DNA of 64,000 nucleotides from Balanoglossus misakiensis (lineage: Eukaryota > Animalia > Hemichordata), in assembly GCA_040954595.2 (NCBI GenBank), contig CM082598.2:3716565-3780564 (forward strand). Reading direction: 5' to 3'. Every line of letters begins with the position of its first letter. Position 1 is the stretch's first letter. Positions 47,386-59,859 of this stretch are shown piece by piece. Made by a program: the position numbers and the translations under genes. The notes beneath the pieces are model-generated. The model was given only the letters and a program-made list of their open reading frames with translations. It did no database searches and was not told the DNA's origin.

Positions 47386-50300
47386 CTAAGCCATGGCCAG
47401 CTCATGAGACGCAGCGTAGTGTCCCGTGACAAAGTGAAACAACTGCCTCTCAATGTCGCCCAGCAGACTGCTGGCTCCGATCCGAAACATCTTCGGAGTC
47501 AACCAATCGTTTCCCAGCTCTTCCTTCATCAGGGCCAACCAGGAGCAGGCGTCCTTGGCCGTCCGGATGCCTCCAGCCGGTTTGAAACCAACCTGAATGA
47601 ACGAGAGCGGAAAAAATCAAAACGCTGTCAATTTTAGTATCAAAAGCGAGTCTTGTCTCCGAAAATTGACGTTATTTACAGACGAAATTATACAGATAAG
47701 TGTTAAACAAGAAGAAAAAAATTGTGCAGAAATGCACTGAATTACCTTGTTGGGTGACCGGACCTGTGCGTGACGCGCAAAAAAAGCTGCGTGCAAGGTG
47801 AAGGTGATTAATCCCATGGGATGAGAAGCCAGGTGTGCGATAGCGTCAGGGGTTACGTTAGCCAGGTTGTCAGGGGTTACGTGAGCAAGATTGTCAGGGG
47901 TTTCACAAGCTAGTATACCAGGGGTTACGTGAGCAAGATTGTCAGGGGTTTCACAAGCTAGTATACCAGGGGTTACGTGAGCAAGATTGTCAGGGGTTAC
48001 ACGAGTTAGATTGTTACGGGTTTCACAAGCTAGCATGCCAGGGGTAACATGAGCGGAACCATAAGGGGTTACACGAGGTACATTATCAGGGGTTACATAT
48101 AAGCAACATTGTCAGGGGTAACATGAGGTAGACTGTCAGGGGTTATGTTGCAGGGTACAATAAGTGTGGGGGGTGAAAGAGTATTAATGAGCACAAGACA
48201 ACAGCAAGCAAATGACATACTGAGGATGAAACTAAGCAATTACCTTGTATCCTGTTCGCTGATAGTAATCCCTGATGGCTCTCACCATGGTCAAGGCCAC
48301 CGGGAATGTTGCGTTCACACCTTCTTTGCCAGTGGAGGTTTTGATGAAATCCGACCCTGGTATGAGAGAGGAAGTCAAATTTAGTGTGGAGAGCAGAAAA
48401 AAACTTATTCGAAGGTATTGAAGGTACAATCAAACCTGTGTTAGTGGCCGCCTCTATATAGTGGCCACTTTGTTACAGTCCCTGCGCAATTTACATGTAC
48501 AGTCAAACCTGTGTTAGTGGCCACCTCTATATCGTGGCCACTTTGTTACTGTCTCTGTGCAATATACATGTACAGTCAAACCTGTGTTAGTGGCCACCTC
48601 TATGTAGTGGCCACTTTGTTACAGTCCCTGCGCAATTTACATGTACAGTCAAACCTGTGTTAGTGGCCACCTCTATATAGTGGCCACTTTGTTACAGTCC
48701 CTGCGCAATTTACATGTACAGTCAAACCTGTGTTAGTGGCCACCTCTATATAGTGGCCACTATGTTACAGTCCCTGTGCAATTTACATGTACAGTCAAAC
48801 CTGTGTTAGTGGCCACCTCTATATAGTGGCCACTATGTTACAGTCCCTGTGCAATTTACATGTACAGTCAAACCTGTGTTAGTGGCCACCTCTATATAGT
48901 GGCCACTTTGTTACAGTCCCTGTGCAATTTACATGTACAGTCAAACCTGTGTTAGTGGCCACCTCTATGTAGTGGCCACTTTGTTGCAGTCCCTGTGCAA
49001 TTTACATGTGCATTAATTTATCTTTCTTGTGCAATTTACATGTAAATTAATTGACCTGTCTAAAAAGACCACCTGTCTATAAAAGCCAGTTTAGGAAAGT
49101 CCCTTGACTGGCCACTATATACAGGTTCGACTGTATGTGATATGATGACCACCTACCTGCCATCATGGCAACCAAGCTGGCCTTCTGGACGTTGACGAGT
49201 GACCCTAAATCCCCAGTGGCCAAAATGGTCTTCATGTGAGCCTCACCACAGGCCGATTTGCAGGCTTTCACTTCATCATATACACCTGGAACGAAAAATC
49301 ACAAAATTATAATTTCTATCACAGATAGTAGCCATTAGCCAGTGGTTTTACCAAGGCTGGGAAATACTAGCATTGATAAATGTTAGATTTCTGCTGTTTG
49401 TAGATACGACCGCATTTATATACCTAGCAGTGTTTTGCTAAGGTTGGGGAACATTGGTAATGATTTGGGTACCATGGTAACACTTCTACCATACACTGAG
49501 GGTCTGTCGTGAACTGATGTGATATTTCTGCTTTTCGAAATTCCTACAGGAACGCGTCATTCTGAAAGGTTCACTTTTGTATGATAATCACAAAGATCGG
49601 TGACAAGTACAATTACCTTTCCAGTTTCCAGCAAGAGCGTACGCCCTGTTGATGACAATGTCAATTTCACTAGCACCGTCAGACACCGCTTGCTTGATTT
49701 CGTCCAATCGCTGCTGGAGTGGTGTCTGGCCTGCGGGAAAGCCGGTAGCAACTACAACAAGCAAAGAAACCAAAGCACATTTGTGTTATCTACGAGAGTT
49801 CACAAGTATACAAGTATCAGCAACTGACCATCTTTTTTGCTCTATGGACAATACGTAAACACAAGTCTGTACGCGCCAGAACAAAAACTGATCTGGTGAT
49901 TTTTATCTCACCTGAAGCTACAGGGATATTCTCGCCACCACATTCCTTCAGCGCCTTGACAGCATCTGGCACTCTGGCAGAGTATACACATATAGCACCA
50001 CATGTGATGTCTGGAATATACAAATTCATCAGACTAGACCATTCATCAACGTAGTCAACTCGTCATTATTTTCACAAAATTATCATTTTGTCAATTTTTT
50101 TTCTAAAATTTTGATCAGGACCCGGAGACAGTGGACAATTGTGTCCACTTGGTGGAGAATTGAGTGAAAAAAATTGGAAAAATGTGTGAAAATGATGAAA
50201 ATGTAACAAATATTTCAAATCAATTGAACGTGCAGACTGGAAGGATGAACTCTGACCTCTGTCCTGCATGCCCATTGCTTTCAGCAGATCACTGCGGACC

Positions 50301-51392
50301 GGGTGCTTGGCTTTGTAGCAGAGACGCTGTACATTTGTGAAGGTGTCGTCGCCGGAGAGCGTTGTCAGATCGATGCAGGTTAAGGCCTTCAACAGCCAGG
50401 CAGCCTGAAGTGATGTGAGAGATACTGACACTTAAATACATGCCTTAATTAATTAAGCTTCCCGAAATACCACAAACGTGGTTGTTGCCACCTCTATTTA
50501 GTGGCCACTTTGATACAGTCCTGTACATTAATTGACCCATGCCTGGCCACTATAGACACATGTACTCTATTTAGTTTTACGACGACTACATATTAAAAAG
50601 ACATGGACCACTTCACGGATAGGGTATCTGCAATGCATGATGGTATAATTTGCGTTCAACATAGCGTCTAGTACATGGCTAACGCACACGCTCAGAACGC
50701 AAACTGCCCCACAACCCCCTGCGTTATTCTATCCGCAAAGTGGTCCGTAGGGGGTGAAAGGGTTAAGAAAGTTTTAGTGCATAGCATTACCTGCCATTGT
50801 TTCTTCACTGTCCTTTTGGTCTTCAGCTCATCAGCCCTTTTCTTAACTGCTGGTAAGTTAACCTTTACACTCTGAACCCAGTCCAGGTCTGTGAGTGAAA
50901 CACACAGTACAATTAAACTTTGAACTATATAAGGTAAAGCGTTCTAGCTCCAGTACCAAGTACACGTACATTTGTACATGTATTATACTACCAGTGCCAC
51001 GCCCCTCTCCCACCAGGCAAGGGGATGCAACTCACTCTATCTGGCCAGTGTCACTGCAGTGTTCCTTACTGTACTGCAGCAAAAGTACACGTATTTGTAC
51101 AGAATAGCAGCAGTTAGGGCAAGCACCCCCTTCCAATGATTTATTGCATCCACGTATACCACTAAACATGACCAGTGTCAGTGAGTGACATGACTGAAAA
51201 GTGGGTCAGGTCAAAAACACGTTGACCAAAGTTACCGTAAATGCTGTCAACGGCCCGAATGGTTGGGCGCTTTATGACAGAATGGAAGTATGGAGTACAC
51301 ACTTCCTATAAAAGTGATTTTGAGTCTTTTCGTCCACAGTTAGGGCAGGAAAAGCACTCACCAAGATCTATCCCAGGGTTTCCAGTCGCCAT
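47386..51392 (-). CDS. DERA: Deoxyribose-phosphate aldolase, 319 aa, 8 coding exons
   Basis: Exons 51392-51362, 50888-50791, 50404-50257, 50010-49912, 49751-49617, 49285-49157, 48356-48244 and 47592-47386 are all GT-AG and phase-consistent (960 nt). Diagnostic DeoC/DERA motifs: IDLTTLSGDDT, VATGFPAGQ, EIDIVINR, FIKTSTGK, VGFKPAGGIR, FRIGASSLL. Confidence 0.97.
47845..48145. repeat. 24/48-bp minisatellite in DERA intron 7
   Basis: Alternating 24-bp subunits gggttacgtgagcaagattgtcag / gggtttcacaagctagtataccag. Confidence 0.85.
48425..49135 (+). repeat. 73-bp tandem array (8 units) made from the left arm of MITE R2 and ending in a complete R2 copy, DERA intron 6
   Basis: Units start at 48425, 48498, 48571, 48644, 48717, 48790, 48863 and 48936. 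The last unit continues to the right TIR (caggttcgactgta, 49135). Confidence 0.9.
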
Positions 51393-51770
51393 GCTGCTGT
51401 GAATGCATGTGCTTCCCGTCTTACGTGTTGTGGGTCAAAGGTCAAAGGGTTTTAGTTCGCCTTTATTTGTGAATATGTGTCATTCAATATCGTTTTTTGT
51501 CAAATAATATAGAGATATATTGGTTTAAATAGCTTATAGCGTCAACTATCATTATTTTTGTGACATATTTATCCAAATCAAACCTAACGTTAGTTCTCGT
51601 TTGCCTTTTGCGAGAGTTGTTGTTGGGCAGGCTTTACGCATGCGTGTGCTCATATTTTCAATATGGCGGTCTCCAACAAATTTGTTTGACACCTTCGAAA
51701 TTGCATTTTAACGTAATTTTCGTCAGAGACAAAGGGACGCACGTTAAAAATTGAAAACGAAGTGCAGGTA
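51393..51770. promoter_or_regulatory. Bidirectional promoter DERA / TMEM138
   Basis: The genes are head to head. Perfect DR1 GGGTCA-A-AGGTCA at 51432-51444, NRF1-like acgcatgcgt near 51636, YY1-like aaatatggcgg near 51659. Confidence 0.6.
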
Positions 51771-52449
51771 ATGTCAAATATTCCCTATGTACCTGTTATA
51801 GAGCTACACAGCCGATCGATCACTTTATATACATAAATATGCGCCAGGTCGATCGTAAACAAATGCATCCAATGATTGGAATGGCAGGCAATCCTAACTG
51901 TTCACGATCTATAAAATAATAGCTGTGCTGTTTTAACATAGATCGCAACTGGATCGACACTCTGCGGTATTGCCGCTAGTAAAAATAATGGTCTAACTCA
52001 AGTGCAACACCCATAAATCCAGGTTGCTGCTTTAAGTATGAGCAGATCGTGTTAGTATTTGACCATCAAAAAGCATGAAATTGACAGGTATTTCTATATT
52101 AAATTCAAGGGATGCTATTTATACTGACACTATAATCGATAGTGGACACTATCTTCTTCCACATTGCAACCAGACACTCCAAGACAAGACATTTATCAGT
52201 CGTGACAGATTTGATGCTCTCCTTATCATAATTTATTTAATAACGAGGCTTTGTGGTAAGACAGACCTGTCAGAAATAACCCATCTGACCTCTTGTCTGA
52301 TTTCTTCATTCCAGGCAGGGTGAACTACATAACACATCCTTCAGATGATTTTTGAAATCTATACTATCCATCATAACATGGTAGCCACCACATAGTGGAA
52401 CTCAACCAGTGGATTTTCACAGTGATATTTTGCACACCAAACTATCATT

Positions 52450-53842
52450 ATGCATGTGAGCAGCTATCGCCCGGTTCTGTACATGCAGTTGTTTCTGCTG
52501 TTTGTGGATTTGTTCGTCAACTCCTTCAGCGAACTGCTCAGGATAAGCAATGTTACACTCCTTGTTTTGTACATGTAAGTATGCTTCACCATAGCCTAGT
52601 TACCTCGGCGTATTTTGTCCGCTTAGTTTTGGAAGCAAAGCGGACAATATACGGCGAGGTACTATACTAGGCTAGCATCACCGAGACTTTGTGCTTAAAG
52701 GGAAGCGGTCGTCGCGCCGCGTTAGTTTGCTTATAAACATCACAACACATCCACAACTCCCTGAAATTAGATGACGTATTCTCATCAAGGGGGGACACCC
52801 ACACGGTGCGACGACAGCTTCCCTTTAAGATGTCCTTATTCTATCAGGGACATTTGACATTATACACCTGGATCTCCATACATTGGGAAAATGTTAAGAA
52901 CAATTCGCCACAAAAAGTTTCTTTCCTAAGACTTACAGAGTTCCTGACTACTTACATATGACTCACTGATTCTTCTCCACAGAATCCAAGACATCTGTAT
53001 TATATTTGCTGCTATAGTCTTATTTCTGATGTTCTTCAATACCTATGTGTTCCAAGCTGGTCTTGTTGGCCTCCTGGTGGGCAAATTCAAGCTCACAGTG
53101 TTGGTTGTGTTTATTTATTTCATGCTGTGTATCGGTCTACATATTTGGACTATGGTAAGTGACACTTTCTGTAAGATATAAGTAAAAGCGACATATTTCT
53201 GTTCTAGTAGTCGATGGAACTAAAATGCAATCAGTGTATGACTGTATGAGACAGTCAAACCCCTGTTAGTGGCCACCTCTATTTAGTGGTCACCTTCTAT
53301 ATGCTGGCCACTTTGTTACAGTGTCTGTGGAATTCACATGTGCGTTAATTGACCTGTATATAAAGGCCACCTGTCTATAAAGGCCATGTTAGGAAAGTCC
53401 CTTGACCGGCCACTATAGACAGGTTTGATTGTATAGTAAAGTGTCACTGGAAATGTCAGTTACTGTGTTAGACATTTATGACTGGACTAACCATCATATC
53501 ACTTCCTGACCATCGATGGATGACTTTTTGTTTCAGTCGTTAAGATGGGAAGATGTCAATGCATATATCTGGACCCCTGGATATCAAACTCTGTACGTAT
53601 TCCAAAAAGTCGGTAAGTAGCATACCATTACTTTTATACTCATCAGCTGTCATAGGATCATTGAAAATGTTACTGATCATTCTGCATTACATAAAAAAAA
53701 CTTACCGTGCTAATTTTACTTCCTGTTTGCAGTTGCGGTGTTTTATTACTACTATTACAAGCGGACATCCTATCGCCTTGGCGACCCTCGCTTTTACCAA
53801 GACTCACCATGGCTCCGAAGTCAGTTCAATATGAGGCGGTAG
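52450..53842 (+). CDS. TMEM138: Transmembrane protein 138 (ciliary; Joubert-syndrome gene ortholog), 160 aa, 4 coding exons
   Basis: Exons 52450-52574, 52983-53154, 53537-53612 and 53733-53842 (483 nt) are phase-consistent. The translation [11 protein letters not shown]...[18 protein letters not shown]...LRW...[21 protein letters not shown] matches TMEM138 as I recall it. A probable non-coding exon 1 ends at 51767 (CAG|gtaatg), with an acceptor near 52314. Not visible in the ORF track. Confidence 0.93.
52590..52674. mobile_element. Small hairpin element next to the Kolobok-like MITE
   Basis: tagcctagt..cctcggcgtattttgtccgctt / aagcggacaatatacggcgagg..actaggcta, flanked by imperfect direct repeats gcttcacc / gcatcacc. 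Confidence 0.55.
52695..52828. mobile_element. TTAA-AGGG MITE (Kolobok-like) in a TMEM138 intron
   Basis: ttaaagggaagcggtcgtcgc ... gcgacgacagcttccctttaa. Confidence 0.7.
53250..53433 (+). mobile_element. MITE family R2 copy in a TMEM138 intron
   Basis: acagtcaaacc..gttagtggccacctctat...ggaaagtcccttgaccggccactatagacaggtttgattgta. Confidence 0.7.
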
Positions 53843-54142
53843 CCATGGTAACTGAACAGAAGCCGTCCACGTATCTCTGTCCCTCCGAGTCCAATGGATG
53901 AAGAGATCATGCCATGTTTATCTGAGAAGCCAATGACACAAATCATATTTGTATATTGTGGGAGTTTTATAATGATTTCTGGACAAAATGTCGCATACTG
54001 TACAGTTTTGAGAAGCTAAGTTATAATGTGGAATTATCCCAGAGCAGTATTTAGGAATTGAAAACTGTCATCACTGTGCTATAGTTACTCCTCTGTAATT
54101 TGTGAGGTTGAATAGAAGTTCCTGTATACAGTGGGATTGTAA

Positions 54143-54290
54143 GTGTGTGTGTGTGTACATCTGTATGTGTGCATGTATGTATGTACATGTACGTACGTAT
54201 GTATGTATGTATGTATGTATGTATGTATGTATGTATGTATGTATGTATGTATGTATATTACATGTGTATGTTTGTGTCTGTCTGTCTGTA
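54143..54290. repeat. (TATG)n / (TG)n compound microsatellite
   Basis: Direct reading of the sequence. Confidence 0.95.
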
Positions 54291-56845
54291 TTCTGGTCTC
54301 CAGTGAAATTCCTGAAGGCACAGAGATGCACATTTCATCAGGGAAGGCTACATTCCCAGTACATTTTGTCAGGCTCCCTCAGAAACATGACATCATTTCT
54401 GACGACACGGCGATATCCAAAATTGCCGAGATCTGGCGATTTTTTCTCCCCTCACAGGAAATCTGTACAGTTATGAAGGAAAGACTCAATCAGAAGTGTA
54501 CTATATGAATTATATTTTTGTAAATATGATCAACGTGTTTGTTTAGTCAGAAACAATCAGTCTTAATGGTACTTGCCAGTTTATAGGAAAAAAAGGTGCT
54601 GTGATTTGAGGCAAAAAATTATCAATGAATTCGAACATACTTAAGATATTTTCTAGTAATTTATTCAACTTGTAATAATTTTTATAGACTACTTATGTTT
54701 CACCAGAAATACTTTAAACTAATTTGATTGCTAAGTGAATTATTTTAACATGCAAATATGCAGCTGGCTGGTATGTTAAGTAGTTTAAGCATTGGAGACA
54801 ATGAAAGTCTGAGAAATAGAGTGGTTCTTGTTACGTTACCATGGTAAAATAATGATCTGATGTGTGGAATCATTTTGTAAATATTTTATACAATTTACCA
54901 AGGGTTAAAAAAATTTGAAAACATCTTACTCTTACAATTTAAAGATTTCAACGAAAATTAAACAAAAGCAATTACCGGTACACCCAACTTGAACCACTCT
55001 ATGTCTGCGTAGTCGTAACAGTTATGTGTTTATAAAACTTTATTTTTATTGTAGATACTTATTGTAACACCAATTTTGTAACATTTTAGCAGTCTTGATT
55101 ATTGCACATGATCTTATCATTTACTTCACAAAATGATGACTCTGTCCAGGTTATCGGAGACAGACTTTCCGTCTTTGCTTGGGCTAACACATATACAGAA
55201 AGTTTGTGATTATGTACTGTTTTTCCATTTTTGCCAGTTAGTGACATCATACCTGAAAGTATGATGTCACTAACTGGGAGACATTGTACATATTTTGGTG
55301 ACAAGTTATTATACTCCGTGTTATATACTGGATGCACTGTAAATTTATTTTAAAAAATTGAATTTGTAAGTGTTTGGTGATAGAAAACAAAAGCTAACAA
55401 AGCCACTTTTTTGCAGTAATTCTTTTCTGAAATAAACTTATGTTTCACCTGTACAGAATGTCATATAAAACATTGAAATGTGACTGTCAGTGATCGATTT
55501 TATGGTTATATTTTTACTATGTATACTTAATATTTGTTTTGAGCAGCATTTTTTTGCCAGTACTTCAAAAGACATGGTAATTTTTTAAAGACATAAATCA
55601 CCTTTTCATTGGAATACATTTGTCTGCTGTGGTGTTATTCATGTCATGTCCCTCCAGTGTAATGGTGGGAGAGTCACCCCTAAAAACTTCCTGAAAATGG
55701 GAGAGTCCTATTGTTAGGACTCTACCATTCATGAAATGGGTCAGAGGGGTTGAGACAGAGAAGGGGCAGTTGTTTAAGTTCACAGAGTTAAACATTCTCG
55801 CGAACCAGAGCCTTCTATTTCCTCTTCTGGCAAAGCTGAAACTGCCGTCCTAAAGAGGGCGTGGTTTACGAAAATGAGGGTTAGATAGAGAGGGGGGAGG
55901 GAGGGAGAGACTGACTAAAGGAGAGAAAATTTGAGTAAATATATTCCAATTAACTGGGACACTTTGAATCATCATTCATCTCTTGAGTAAATACATATGC
56001 ATCTAAATTAACTGAAAGCCGGAAAGAATTAAATATTGCAATTTCTCCCAGTGGCTTCTATTCACCATGCAAGATTAATTGTATCAATAAAATCAGCTGC
56101 CAGTTAATTTAAATAGGTGATAATGTTATTGCGTAATATTGTAATCGTCCTTTGTCCATGATTGTGGATTGAGAGAGGGGGAGACGCATCATAGTGTTAT
56201 TGTCGCGAACACAAGATCCTAATCGTCGTAAATTTAAATACGACCTCTTTACGGCAACAGTTTCTGCTCTGGTTTGCGAGAAAGAAGATCTCCCTCTCAA
56301 GTACGCTAGCCTCGCCACTGGACCGATAATGGAGAGCTAACGAATCAGAGAATTCCACTTGGTGACACACGAAAACGTGCGCTGCCATTACGATTTGTCG
56401 TGCATCTAAGAGCTTACGTCTGAGTACAGGTGTTCGCAGTTTAACACGCCCCCCCCCCCAATGGACGAGTTTCTCCGTCTACAAACAGCCGACGGACATT
56501 GTACCATAAAAGACACCCGAGAGAAATATAATATTACATGTATCTTTATTTACAAAGAAAAACAAAAAGACGAAAAATAACTAAATGCAAATGGTCATTG
56601 TGATTAGAAAAAAAATTAAGTATATTCTGAAGCTAGTTAAAATACATTTTAGTCATAAACCATGATCTGTTTTTCTAAACTATACATGCGCACCATTTTT
56701 CCACTCGTCTATGTTAAAATGCTACTGTTTAACTATCAAAATTTGATGACGACGTATTGCCAGTACATGCAAATTTATGTACTTCAGATCATGATTTGCA
56801 TATTATCTTAGCCACGTGGTGCAAGTTACCCGAAAATTGGATTTG

Positions 56846-59370
56846 CTATAATAGTGTATTATGTTCCCTATGGTATTCTTTGATACGCCTTTTCAGTTTA
56901 TCTGCCAACTCTCGTGTAAATGGTATTTCTGGTTTTGTCATTTGTTGACAGTGTATATTATTTTCTGCCGATTTTTTCAGGCGGTAACTTTGCACTTCGA
57001 CTCCCGGTAGGTGCCAGACCCCCTGTCCGTTTGACGTGAGGCCCTGTATGCACACGTCCCAGTAAAACTGCAGCCGTTCTTTGAGGGCCCAGATCTCTCG
57101 CTCCATCCTGTCTTCGCCAAAGTCCCACACCTTCCGCCAGAACGACTCGTTGAAGTGTCGGTAGAGCTCGGCGTCGGCCGAGTTCCAGGCCAGGATTTTG
57201 TCCTCCATCCAGGGCGCGAGCGTCTTCACCGACGCCGACTTGCGCGCGTTGACGCTGAAGTACACCAAGTCGTCGATATCCCAACACATCAGATACCGCA
57301 GGAAGATCAGCGACTCGTCAAAGTACTCCGCGATCAGAACCAAATCAAACACGTCGTCGATTTTCTGAACGAGCTCATCAACTCTCTCCCAATCGGGTCT
57401 GTTAAATCCCAAATCGAACATGTAGTTGTTTTGCAGGTACCTGTGGATGACGTTGGGCCCTACGAACTTCTCCGGTCTGTGAAGGAACTGTTTCAACTTG
57501 TCTGGTCCGGGGATCTTCATATACTCGCCCAGTTTGTAATAGTTGAAGAGTGATTCAAACTGCGTCACGGGATTTCTCAATATTGTGGTGTACACTGTAT
57601 CATTGGGCATCAGATTCATAATTTCTGGAGAGAGAAAAGACAAACAAGATAAAGCAAAATAAAACATACACACGTGTCTTTAGTAATACAACTCCTGTGT
57701 TACCACAGTACCGGTGTGATAGAGGGACTGTGTTGTTACCAAGTTATCTGAAGAGTTACCCCCGGACATTTATCATCCGGGTACTTCCCATCCACCACTC
57801 TTGGCTATGGTTGGGGAAAGTGGCTTGTGGGTAATAAACGCCCGGGGGCTCACAGTCACAACCGTTGTAAAGTGAAAGCGTTTTCCTTTGTTTTCTATAA
57901 TTTGTCACCCCTGGTAATTTGACCTAGACTGAATGCATGCGCGCGCCGGTGTGAAAAGCCAATCGTACTAGAGAGTCAGGAGGAGATTGAAGTACAGTGT
58001 GTGAAACGGGCAGTTTGCGGGGCTTCAAATTTGGTCAAGTGAAACTCACCCGGCAGGTTGAACCTTGTATGATGGGTAAAGATGTTATACTCCTGCCACG
58101 GTACGGGAATAATGATATTGCGGTTGAACTTGCTGGGGTAGCTGAGTTGGTGCCCGGCCCTGGGTAGAACCATCGTCAGATTGTGTCGGTCGGCGTAGCG
58201 CAGCAGTATGTTCTGGAGGGTACTGCTTCCGCTCTTGTGCGTCTTCAGCATGACCAGGTTTTTTCTGGGTTTACACGCGTCCATTCGGTCTGGATCCAAA
58301 GTGATTGTGCCCATGGTCGGCTAAAGAGGTGCACAATAACATGGGAACAAAGTTATTACAATGAAAACGGTTTGAGCTGCACAATTATTACAATGAAAAT
58401 GGTTTGAGCTGCACAGACGGAATTTTAAGTCCAGACATTATGTTTGTTTGAGGTGCAGATTCAAAATTCATTTCTCTCGCATAAGGGTCATAAACAAACG
58501 CAGGTATCGTTTGGACACAAGCGTGTCTTTTGATGTACAGGTAAAATTCCAGCCTGAATCGTTCCCATCAATAAATAAGGTTAGCTATATTAAATATTGC
58601 AGGCGCTCTGCGGCTCAAAAGTGGCCATATCATCATCAGTACAGAAGACTCGATTGGCCAAGAAAGTGTATTTGATAACATAGCGTAACAATACTGTGAA
58701 CAAAAAGCCAAAAGTCGCCACCAACAGGTCTATATAGACCGCATTCACAAACGCCTATATAGATCTGGCGGCCGGGTGCCAAATGACTGATAGAAACTTT
58801 TCTCACGCACAAGCTTACCATTTTTGTGGGCCAGAGTATGGGACTTTCCCTTGGCGAAATATTCCTATGGAAAATATAAGGAATGGAAAATACATAAATC
58901 ATATGTGAAACCATTTTATGATTAGATAATATAAAATATCGTTTAAATCAGCTGAATTTTATGAAACCGCACTTTTTGCACTTTGTTTTTCATTCAAATA
59001 TTGTGATTGTATTTTTTAACAAACAAACAATAAAGAAGAACAGTAAAATATAAACTACTTTAGGCTATTTTAAGGATCTTATTGTCACCAAGTACGTGTA
59101 CGTCGTTCCAATTGTGTTTAAACTTCACATTCACAGCTCTTCAGTGGTTTTCTAAGACATACAGAGGTGACGTTGGTTCTTTACTATACATGTACTGACA
59201 AAGAGAAACTTGTCAGACGTGGTATTACGCAATACATGTTATATACTATTAAATGTGGCTTACCTATTTGCTGTCGTCGGACTTAACATTACAGAGGACT
59301 TGTAAAGTAAAAGCATCCCCAAAAGCATGGTACCTGCCACCATGACTTTCAGAATTTGTCCTTTCTTCAT
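56846..59370 (-). CDS. Galactose-3-O-sulfotransferase (GAL3ST family), 400 aa type II Golgi membrane protein, 4 coding exons
   Basis: Exons 59370-59264 (MKKGQILK plus a TM segment), 58864-58819, 58320-58050 and 57624-56846 are phase-consistent (1203 nt). PAPS-binding and family motifs: LKTHKSGSSTLQNIL, TILRNPVTQFESLFNYY, FDLVLIAEYFDESLI, WNSADAELYRHFN. The specific paralog cannot be assigned. Confidence 0.93.
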
Positions 59371-59859
59371 GTTTGGTGTACTCGATTGGTCTGATCGGGT
59401 TTAATACAACGGGTTTTCAAGATATCCAAGGTGACGGAGTAACCTCACTGGCGATCGATCAGTGTTTGTAGTTGTGAGGCGGCCGGCGACATTGTACTTT
59501 CCCTTTCACAGACGCGAACGCGCGGTGTCGACGTCGTGTTGGCCGGGGACGGCGAATTGTCCTTTCTTGGTCGCGTAGAATTGGCCAGAAAATACCCGTA
59601 GTACAGTCGAAGTGAAAGTCCGTTTTCGCTCGACCACCAAACGCTGGGACCACTGGCAAACGTCGTTATAGGCCTATTAGTGGGTGTCAGTTGTCGTCGT
59701 CTCCGTGGATATTGTGATTCGTGATGTCCACTTGTGGCTACGTGAATTTCCTCTCAGATTGAGACGCGCGTTTTATTTCCTCATCGCGCCGATTATCAGA
59801 CGCACACACACCTATCAAGCGATCGCACTGACGGGGACGTGCAAACGTGGCAAGACTTA

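Noticed and set aside
47617-48036. 139-aa ORF with TPDNLAHV/TPGILACE repeats
   Set aside because: It is a translation of the 24-bp minisatellite in DERA intron 7. DERA splices correctly without it.
48425-49010. Regular palindromic repeats resembling a CRISPR array
   Set aside because: The units are contiguous with no unique spacers, match a MITE arm, lie in a eukaryotic intron, and have no cas genes nearby.
55796-56281. ctcgcgaaccagag / ctctggtttgcgag inverted-repeat ends
   Set aside because: Probably remnants of small repeats, but the boundaries and TSDs could not be defined by eye.
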